From NCBI GenBank assembly GCA_045657405.1, contig JAZOTB010000025.1, positions 6,943 to 70,942 on the forward strand: a stretch of 64,000 nucleotides of DNA. The letters run 5' to 3'. The translations under genes and the position numbers were made by a program. Under the pieces are notes generated by a model. That model did no database searches and had not been told where the DNA came from. It saw only the letters and a list, made by a program, of their open reading frames with translations. Within the stretch, counting starts at the first letter, position 1; the number at the start of each line of letters is the position of its first letter. This document shows positions 38,799-45,999 of this stretch, piece by piece. This stretch comes from Candidatus Enterousia sp. (GTDB lineage: Bacteria; Pseudomonadota; Alphaproteobacteria; Rs-D84).

Positions 38799-39017
38799 AT
38801 GAAAAAAATATCTGTATCTTTATCAGGTCATCAAACCAGTATAACACTGGAAACCGAATTTTTTGATGCGCTACAAAAACTGTCTATACGGCAGGATCGT
38901 TCGGTTGCATCAATTATAAACGAGATAGATTCCACACGCCCTGCCGGACGAAATTTATCATCTGCAATACGCGTTTGGATTTTACAACAAACAATCCTAC
39001 GTTTCAGCAATAATTAA
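38799..39017 (+). CDS. Small hypothetical protein, possibly ribbon-helix-helix DNA-binding fold
   Basis: 72 aa. MKKISVSLSGHQTSITLETEFFDALQKLSIRQDRSVASIINEI... has an RHH-like beta-alpha-alpha pattern. Starts 1 nt after the previous stop. Confidence 0.4.
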   Translation: MKKISVSLSGHQTSITLETEFFDALQKLSIRQDRSVASIINEIDSTRPAGRNLSSAIRVWILQQTILRFSNN

Positions 39018-39214
39018 TTTTGCTATTTATCACCCACAAAAAAACATATGTTTTGCAAAGTATCTAATGCCTTTCTTTTTACATACTCAAACCTTGATGC
39101 ATTTAACACTTCGCTAGCATGAGATAACTTTTTTATTTCTTTACCTATCTATAATTTTATAGATTGCATCGCATCTTCTGTATCTTTATCTGCTTGCTGT
39201 TCTGCCAGTCCAAA

Positions 39215-39440
39215 AATACCAACCATACAAACACATTTTTCTTATTACGAATAATTTCAACAAAACTTGCAATCATACCAACAATAATAAAACCTAATGC
39301 ACCCCATACGGACATAGAATTTGCAATAGTTGGAAATGGCATAGTTATATTTGCAATTGGATTCCAAGGAAACCCTGTAAATAACCATTCACGCGCCCAT
39401 AAAACCAACAACCAAACGCCAGCAAACAAAACGAAACAAG
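39215..39440 (-). repeat. Duplicated internal fragment of lnt (about 95% nucleotide identity to 40357-40590), immediately 3' of lnt
   Basis: Direct comparison: ...ccaaccatacaaacacatttttcttattacgaataatttcaacaaaacttgcaatcataccaacaataataaaacctaa... occurs twice. The 90-codon ORF 39157-39429 translates to an Lnt-like two-TM segment (FAGVWLLVLWAREWLFTGFPWNPIANITMPFP...). Confidence 0.8.
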
Positions 39441-39462
39441 ATTCCCTCTCCTATACAAAATC

Positions 39463-41463
39463 TTAATCACGTGTTTTTGAAAATATCACTGTACCAAATA
39501 TTGATACAATCAGTATTATCATCATCCAATAATTTAAACCTAATTCGCGATATACTGTATTATGAGCCCCCCATACAAATCCATCTAATACACCAGACAC
39601 ACCAACTGGTAATGAAGATGTAATTACACCATCTGATGCAACAAACGCACTGACCCCAGAATAGTTTGCACGAACAATTGGCAAACCAGACTCAATCGCA
39701 TATCTGCGCACCATATCAAGATGCTGATATGTCCCGGGGGTTTTACCAAACCAATTATCATTTGTAATATTGATAATTGCATCTAACTGCCCTGCACCAT
39801 ATGGTAATAATGAATCAGAAAAAATAATTTCGTAACAAATCGCAGGCGCAAACATAAAACCATCTAAATTTATAATTTCTGGTCCATTTCCCGCTGTTAA
39901 ATTCGCAGGTGATGGTAAAAATCCAAGTGGTTTATATTCACCAAATGGAACCAAATGTGATTTACTGTAAATCTTTTCTATACGACCGTCTGTCTGGGAT
40001 ATAACCATCGAATTGAACACGCCCCCCATATCAAATGTATTTGCACCAAATATAATTGGCTTTCCTAGAATTGATGCTATTTCAATTTTATCTGACGGCA
40101 ACACAACAAAAGGATACGATGTTTCTGGCATAACAATTACATCAAAAACACCATCTGCAGACGATAACGTAACTAAATTATTCAGATTATATTCCGCACG
40201 TTGCAATGCCTCTATTCTATTATGGGTCGCCTTTTGTGATTGCGATGCACCAGGTTGAACTATGCGCAATACTTTTGTAGCCTCTTTCATGCCATTTGAT
40301 GCCATATTAACATTCTGTTCGCCAAGAAATTGGCCGTACACAGCCAGTCCAGAAAACAAAATAAATACCAACCATACAAACACATTTTTCTTATTACGAA
40401 TAATTTCAACAAAACTTGCAATCATACCAACAATAATAAAACCTAAACCTAATGCACCCCATACGGACATAGAATTTGCAATACTTGGAAATGGCATAGT
40501 TATATTTGCAATTGGATTCCAAGGGAACCCTGTAAATAACCATTCACGCGCCCATAAAACCAACGACCAAACACCAGCAAACAAAAACACTCTGGATGCA
40601 GCAGACATTTTCTTTTGGCTGATTGCAACAAAAGGCCAAGAAAAAATTAACCACCCTGCCAACATCAACCCAATTCCACCTGGCACAGTCCACATTGCAT
40701 ATTGATCTGCAATTTCTGGTGCAACATATATTGAATGCAAAACCCACCAAAACATACACAGACCATATATTGCACCAAATGGCGCAACACGAAGCAACGA
40801 ATACCAAAATCCACCTATTTTATTATTGCGAACAGTTAACCAATATGCACCAGCAACCCCAATAACCGTTGCCCACCACTGATAAAAAGGCGCAAAACCA
40901 AATGACGCAAGCGCACCAAACACGCCGTATAGCGCATATTGTGCAAAACTATTTTTTTCTATTTTAATTCCCTTCAAAAAAGCAATTGTTTTATAACCCG
41001 GGCAACATGAACCATCTGCGCATAAAAATTCAACATCTTCTGCATACGGATTTTTTATACCCATTTTTGATAAAATATTTGTTTCTTTTGCTTCCATCAC
41101 AATTGCTTCATTTTCTTTGATATGATCATAGCCCAACAAATGCAAAACGCCATGAACAACCATATGTGCGACATGATGTTCAACAGATATTTTTTCCTGT
41201 TTTGCTTCACGAACAACTGTATCCAGCGATATATAAATATCACCCAACAACACATCGTCTTCTAATTCAAAAGACAAAACATTTGTTGGTTTATTGACAT
41301 TACGATAATCACGATTAATTTGTTTTATTTCGTTGTCATCTACCAACACAATAGACGCTTCTGCATTTTTATACTTGCTACCAACAACAGCATTTGCAAT
41401 TTTTGCAAAATCTATTTTATATTTTTTCCAACGTCTATCATGAACATCAACAAATACTTTCAT
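39463..41463 (-). CDS. lnt: Fused endoribonuclease YbeY / apolipoprotein N-acyltransferase Lnt
   Basis: Single 666-aa ORF. Residues 1 to about 150 are YbeY (HHVAHMVVHGVLHLLGYDH zinc motif). The rest is Lnt (polytopic membrane domain plus CN-hydrolase domain: ...VIVMPETSYPF...ICYEIIFSD...). Confidence 0.75.
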   Translation of the reverse strand: MKVFVDVHDRRWKKYKIDFAKIANAVVGSKYKNAEASIVLVDDNEIKQINRDYRNVNKPTNVLSFELEDDVLLGDIYISLDTVVREAKQEKISVEHHVAHMVVHGVLHLLGYDHIKENEAIVMEAKETNILSKMGIKNPYAEDVEFLCADGSCCPGYKTIAFLKGIKIEKNSFAQYALYGVFGALASFGFAPFYQWWATVIGVAGAYWLTVRNNKIGGFWYSLLRVAPFGAIYGLCMFWWVLHSIYVAPEIADQYAMWTVPGGIGLMLAGWLIFSWPFVAISQKKMSAASRVFLFAGVWSLVLWAREWLFTGFPWNPIANITMPFPSIANSMSVWGALGLGFIIVGMIASFVEIIRNKKNVFVWLVFILFSGLAVYGQFLGEQNVNMASNGMKEATKVLRIVQPGASQSQKATHNRIEALQRAEYNLNNLVTLSSADGVFDVIVMPETSYPFVVLPSDKIEIASILGKPIIFGANTFDMGGVFNSMVISQTDGRIEKIYSKSHLVPFGEYKPLGFLPSPANLTAGNGPEIINLDGFMFAPAICYEIIFSDSLLPYGAGQLDAIINITNDNWFGKTPGTYQHLDMVRRYAIESGLPIVRANYSGVSAFVASDGVITSSLPVGVSGVLDGFVWGAHNTVYRELGLNYWMMIILIVSIFGTVIFSKTRD

Positions 41464-41483
41464 ATGTTTTGCACCTTTTTCAT

Positions 41484-42893
41484 TTATGTTAAATTAACAG
41501 TGTATTCTGTACCATAAATCAACAAATCATTTTTAGCATTTTTCTTTCTTATTTGTTTAACTGCTGCATTAAAAGAAATTGTTTTTGTTTGACTAGTTAT
41601 TTTATTTTGCTGTACAGCATCTATTGCTTTTCTACCCTCTGCAAATCCCGACAAGAAAGATTTAACCGTAGAAGATTTACCAAATATTTTTGCCTGTCGT
41701 ATTGCATACTGAATCGTTTCTTCATTTATTATAAAATGTCCATCTTTATAAACACGTTCCAACGCAATAGACGAAAAAGCATCACGTGGCAAATCATAAA
41801 AATCTTGCACAGTTATTGCACCAACAGCAAACGCAGCACACCACCATCTACGTTTCATTGTACCATCTTTCCACTTTTGAACACCAGGATAGTATTGAAA
41901 AGCATCTGCAATTTCTTGTTGCGACTTTGCGTTTGAAATCTTTGTTGCAATTCCTGCCATATCAGCTGGTCGTTGATATCCAGCCAATATAATTGCAATA
42001 GCCTGCTGTGCTTGAATATTATTTTGATTTTTTATCGCATTTCTTAGTTTAGGCAGTGTTTCATATATCAAATGTCGTTGAACCTGTTGATAGTTATAAT
42101 CAATAGTCCATTTTTTTGTTTTTCCAGGCGTATTTGGGTATTTATTTAATTTTCCATTACTGTCATAAATATAATGCCAAGTTAACCCAAGTCCATTTGT
42201 TTCGCGACTTTCGCCAATTTGTAAAACAGATGCTTGACGATACGTTTCCAGTTCTGTCAGCATAACAGCCAAATAAGGCCAATAACTATCCAAAGATTTT
42301 TTCACAAAATTACTATCTGTCGGCTTAACAGTTTCTGTATTAACAGTTGTTTCTATACCAAAATAATCTTGGGCTTCCTGTTTTTCTGATTCTGTTTTTA
42401 CAATTTCTTTCTCGGGCTCTTGCTTATCTTTACTTTTTTGATTTACTTTATTTATTGCCAACTGTCCACCAGCAATCATCATATTAACAACTACTACATA
42501 ATACAGCAGATAACTTTCCAACCATGGATGATTTTTTATAAATTTTATTTTGGCATTTTCTTGCGCAATCTTTTCCGTATTTCTTAAAATTTTATTATCT
42601 ACCAGTACAGAATTTAATCCACGGGTCAAATATTCAGTCATCCATAACAGCCCTATTCCAGACCATTTTATTCCATTTTTAGAATTTTCTTTTATCCAAA
42701 TTCGTACAATATCCCAGTTTATTTTTATATTTTTTTCATCAACATTTATATCTACCAATTGATTCCAATGCACAGTATCTGGGACATTCCATCCTGTTAA
42801 TTTTTTCCGTACCTGTTTTAATTTTTCCGCAGCACTGCGCACATCATCGCCACGTAATTCTGCAACAGATTTAAAATTTTTATTTTCTGGCAT
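41484..42893 (-). CDS. Hypothetical protein (469 aa) with one central hydrophobic segment
   Basis: Long ORF with no recognisable domain. Lys-rich, internal hydrophobic stretch (YLLYYVVVVNMMIAGG). Confidence 0.5.
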   Translation of the reverse strand: MPENKNFKSVAELRGDDVRSAAEKLKQVRKKLTGWNVPDTVHWNQLVDINVDEKNIKINWDIVRIWIKENSKNGIKWSGIGLLWMTEYLTRGLNSVLVDNKILRNTEKIAQENAKIKFIKNHPWLESYLLYYVVVVNMMIAGGQLAINKVNQKSKDKQEPEKEIVKTESEKQEAQDYFGIETTVNTETVKPTDSNFVKKSLDSYWPYLAVMLTELETYRQASVLQIGESRETNGLGLTWHYIYDSNGKLNKYPNTPGKTKKWTIDYNYQQVQRHLIYETLPKLRNAIKNQNNIQAQQAIAIILAGYQRPADMAGIATKISNAKSQQEIADAFQYYPGVQKWKDGTMKRRWWCAAFAVGAITVQDFYDLPRDAFSSIALERVYKDGHFIINEETIQYAIRQAKIFGKSSTVKSFLSGFAEGRKAIDAVQQNKITSQTKTISFNAAVKQIRKKNAKNDLLIYGTEYTVNLT

Positions 42894-42900
42894 TTTTATT

Positions 42901-43257
42901 CTATTTCCTTCCTAAACCGGTCTTTTTCGCAATTTTTGAACGTTTACGCGAATACGCAGGCGCAACAAAAGGATAATCATTTGGTAGCCCCCATTTTTCA
43001 CGATATTCGTGTGGTGTCATATTAAATTTTCTTTTCAGGTATCTACGCAACATAATATGCCATGTACCATCTTCCAAACATTGTATTTTATCGGGCTGCA
43101 CAGAATCTTGGATTTGTTCATCTGTTACAGACGTTCCGCGTAATATTTTACGTGCGTTTTTTACAGCCGCCTCCATCGTTAATGTAGGATTAGCCGAAAT
43201 CGCGGCCGCAGCCAAATTTGCAACAGCCAATGTAAAATCAGAATTTTTATTTACCAA
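42901..43257 (-). CDS. mucR: MucR/Ros-family transcriptional regulator with degenerate zinc finger
   Basis: C-terminus ...IQCLEDGTWHIMLRRYLKRKFNMTPHEYREKWGLPNDYPFVAPAYSRKRSKIAKKTGLGRK matches the MucR core (sPEEYReKWdLP.DYPMVAPaYae.RS.LAK..GLG). Start set at TTG 43257 (AAGGAAA upstream) because the long ORF (to 43365) would overlap divergent rarA. Start uncertain. Confidence 0.7.
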   Translation of the reverse strand: MVNKNSDFTLAVANLAAAAISANPTLTMEAAVKNARKILRGTSVTDEQIQDSVQPDKIQCLEDGTWHIMLRRYLKRKFNMTPHEYREKWGLPNDYPFVAPAYSRKRSKIAKKTGLGRK

Positions 43258-43327
43258 CTTGCCATTTCCTTTATATTTTAATAGAATAATTATATCACAA
43301 ATAAACCTTAAATAAAAGCCAAGTAAA

Positions 43328-44605
43328 ATGACACGACCACTTGCCGATTTAATGCGACCAAACACAATTGATGATATTGTGGGTCAAATTGCATTGCTTG
43401 GTGAAAACGGCATTGTTCGTCGCATGGTTGAAAATCAGAAGTTATCAAACCTGATATTATGGGGTCCGCCTGGGTGTGGAAAAACAACAATTGCACGTGC
43501 GTTGGCAAATTCTGTTGATATGGATTTTGTTCCGATGTCTGCAGTATTTTCTGGTACTGCTGATATAAAAAAGGCAATGGATGCAGCACGTATGAATCGT
43601 GATATTGGGCGCAACACATTATTGTTTATTGATGAAATACATCGCTTTAATAAAACACAACAGGATACATTATTACCCTATCTTGAAGACGGTACTGTTG
43701 TTTTTATGGGTGCGACCACTGAAAACCCCAGTTTTAATTTGAATAACGCACTGTTATCGCGTTGCCATATTGGCGTACTGTCGGGCCTGGCCACCGAAGA
43801 TTTATTAACATTGATTGAACGTGCAGAAAAATATTTGGATAAAAAATTACCATTAGATGAAAGTGCACGTATTCACTTGGCACAAATGGCCGATGGTGAC
43901 GCACGATTTTTACTGAATACAGTTGAATACCTGACGAACGCAAATTTCAAAGAACCATTAACCCCAGACACCTTGGATTCTGCCGTACAGAAACGCGCAC
44001 CATTGTCTGACAGACATGGTGATGAACATTATAATTTAATATCCGCAGTGCATAAATCATTGCGCGCCAGCGATACAGATGCTGCATTATATTGGGCTGC
44101 ACGCATGATGACATCTGGTCAAGACCCAATGTATTTATTTCGCAGACTAACACGATTTGCCGTTGAAGATGTCGGACTGGCTGATCCAAACGCATTACAG
44201 GTTGCGATTGCTGCATGGAACGCATACGAACGTCTGGGCAGTCCCGAAGGCGACTTGGCCCTGACCCAGTTGGTAATATATCTGGGTACTGCACCAAAAA
44301 GCATTGGTAATTACAAGGCGCAAAAGGCTGCATACGCCGCGGCGCGCGCCACAGGCTCACTGATGCCACCAAAAAACATATTAAATGCCCCAACAAAAAT
44401 GATGAAAGATTTGGGTTATAACGATGGTTATATTTACGACCCAGACACAGCAAATGGATTTTCTGGTCAGAATTGCTTTCCAGAAAGTATGGGACGTCAG
44501 AAATATTATTTTCCAGTTGAACGCGGTTTTGAACGCGAAATAAAAAAGCGTCTTGAATATTGGGACAAACTGCGCGAACAGTTAAAGAAAGATGGCGGGT
44601 GTTAG
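43328..44605 (+). CDS. rarA: Replication-associated recombination protein A (RarA/MgsA AAA+ ATPase)
   Basis: 425 aa. PLADLMRPNTIDDIVGQ..., Walker A GPPGCGKTT, Walker B LLFIDEIHRFNK, C-terminal MgsA domain. Confidence 0.9.
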   Translation: MTRPLADLMRPNTIDDIVGQIALLGENGIVRRMVENQKLSNLILWGPPGCGKTTIARALANSVDMDFVPMSAVFSGTADIKKAMDAARMNRDIGRNTLLFIDEIHRFNKTQQDTLLPYLEDGTVVFMGATTENPSFNLNNALLSRCHIGVLSGLATEDLLTLIERAEKYLDKKLPLDESARIHLAQMADGDARFLLNTVEYLTNANFKEPLTPDTLDSAVQKRAPLSDRHGDEHYNLISAVHKSLRASDTDAALYWAARMMTSGQDPMYLFRRLTRFAVEDVGLADPNALQVAIAAWNAYERLGSPEGDLALTQLVIYLGTAPKSIGNYKAQKAAYAAARATGSLMPPKNILNAPTKMMKDLGYNDGYIYDPDTANGFSGQNCFPESMGRQKYYFPVERGFEREIKKRLEYWDKLREQLKKDGGC

Positions 44606-44623
44606 TGAATAAATAAATTCTTT

Positions 44624-44672
44624 TGTCACGCCTGCATTTATTTTTGTCATTCCTGCGAAGGCAGGAATAGGG
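44624..44672. repeat. Left terminal inverted repeat of GIY-YIG element (contains stem-loop ATTCCTGCgaagGCAGGAAT)
   Basis: tgtcacgcctgcatttatttttgtcattcctgcgaaggcaggaataggg is the inverse of 45040-45095. Confidence 0.75.
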
Positions 44673-44709
44673 TCTTGAAGATCCATTTGCTTATTTATAA
44701 AATACGGGC

Positions 44710-45039
44710 ATGAAAAATTATAATTTTTGGGTTTATATATTATTTGATAAGCGTGCAGGTGCAACATATATCGGTGTAACAAACAATCTTGAACGCCGTA
44801 TGTATGAACATAAAATGGGTTTAGACGATGGATACACTAAACGGAATAACATTCATAAACTTGGATATTTGGAACGATATCAATAAATAGATAACGCTAT
44901 CGCACGCGAAAAACAGTTAAAAAAATGGAAACGTGCATGGAAGTATCGTTTAATAGAAACGATAAACCCTGACTGGATTGATTTAGCAGATGATTTATCA
45001 AAAAATATAGAATATTGGAAAAATAAAGAAACTGTATAG
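44710..45039 (+). pseudogene. GIY-YIG nuclease family gene (UPF0213-like) interrupted by an in-frame TAA
   Basis: MKNYNFWVYILFDKRAGATYIGVTNNLERRMYEHKMGLDDGYTKRNNIHKLGYLERYQ-stop(44884)-IDNAIAREKQLKKWKRAWKYRLIETINPDWIDLADDLSKNIEYWKNKETV. The whole span is in one frame, broken only by the TAA. Confidence 0.7.
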
Positions 45040-45095
45040 CCCCTATTCCTGCCTTCGCAGGAATGACAAAACATGCCTTTGCTAGGCGTGACAAA
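45040..45095. repeat. Right terminal inverted repeat of GIY-YIG element
   Basis: cccctattcctgccttcgcaggaatgacaaaacatgcctttgctaggcgtgacaaa is the reverse complement of the left repeat with a short divergent central stretch. Confidence 0.75.
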
Positions 45096-45235
45096 TCTTG
45101 TTTTTTTCTTTGTCATTGCGAGGGGGGTGTTACAACCACAGCAATCCAGTTTTTTTGGCTTTATTATTTTTCTGGATCGCCACGATGCGCTCGCGATGAC
45201 AACAGAAAGGAACACTAACACTCTACACTTATTCA

Positions 45236-45270
45236 CTAAAAAAATCCCCAAACAGGGATTTTTATTTTGT
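45236..45270. terminator. Bidirectional Rho-independent terminator after the 245-aa secreted-protein gene
   Basis: AAAAAAATCCCcaaacaGGGATTTTTATTTT. Confidence 0.6.
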
Positions 45271-45999
45271 TGCCCAAGGATTGGCCATTTGCTTGTTTTG
45301 CTTATTGCGTTCAGCATATTCTTTATTTATATTTGAACGATGTTTATCCAAACAGTCTTGAAAGTCTTTTTTGCCATTTATTGTTTTTGAATCCTTACAC
45401 TTTCCTGTATCAGACAAACCTTTTCGTATAGCACCGTCAATTAAAACTTCAAAATCATTTGCCAATTGTTTTTTCAATTCAGGCGTTACTTTGGCACCAT
45501 TTTGCGACAGATCATAAATTCTCGTATAATTTGAATTTAAGCATTCCATTTGTTTAATTTGATCCATTTCCATCAAACAATTTGATATACCCGCCAAATA
45601 AACATTACGGTCTGTCTGCTTAAACGTGGCACCACCGCCATCACTGCTTTTCTTGCTGGCGCCGGCAACCTGCAAGTTTGATGTTAATACAGCCTTTTCA
45701 AGTTGTGTCTTAAAGCGATTTAACATAGATTCCATTTGTTCATAATGACGATACATCTGCTGTGTTATTAATTCAGATTTCATTGCAACAACATCACGCA
45801 TTAATTCCCTATCTGCTGCACTAGGGTTTTTTGTATTTCCAATATTATATGCATGTATTGAACACAGCGCAAATTCAGCCGCAATTGCATCATTATCTTC
45901 ATTTTCACAACCATTATCTGCAAATGTTGGCATAACAACAGCCACCAGCATTGCACTAGTTATCAAAATTTTAGAAAAAATTTCTTTTACTGTTTTCAT
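45262..45999 (-). CDS. Secreted hypothetical protein (245 aa, signal peptide, several Cys)
   Basis: MKTVKEIFSKILITSAMLVAVVMPTFA signal peptide. ATGA-coupled to the upstream 669-aa gene. Confidence 0.55.
   Translation of the reverse strand: MKTVKEIFSKILITSAMLVAVVMPTFADNGCENEDNDAIAAEFALCSIHAYNIGNTKNPSAADRELMRDVVAMKSELITQQMYRHYEQMESMLNRFKTQLEKAVLTSNLQVAGASKKSSDGGGATFKQTDRNVYLAGISNCLMEMDQIKQMECLNSNYTRIYDLSQNGAKVTPELKKQLANDFEVLIDGAIRKGLSDTGKCKDSKTINGKKDFQDCLDKHRSNINKEYAERNKQNKQMANPWATK

Noticed and set aside
39164-39466. 100-aa plus-strand ORF over the lnt duplicate
   Set aside because: It is antisense to the duplicated lnt fragment. The same peptide appears antisense in lnt itself (40262-40705), so it is a mirror artefact.
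43947-44453. 168-aa minus-strand ORF within rarA
   Set aside because: It is antisense to rarA, which has clear Walker motifs.
44880-45317. 145-aa minus-strand ORF spanning the right TIR of the GIY-YIG element
   Set aside because: It crosses the inverted repeat and terminator hairpin, has no start context, and is antisense to the GIY-YIG reading frame.
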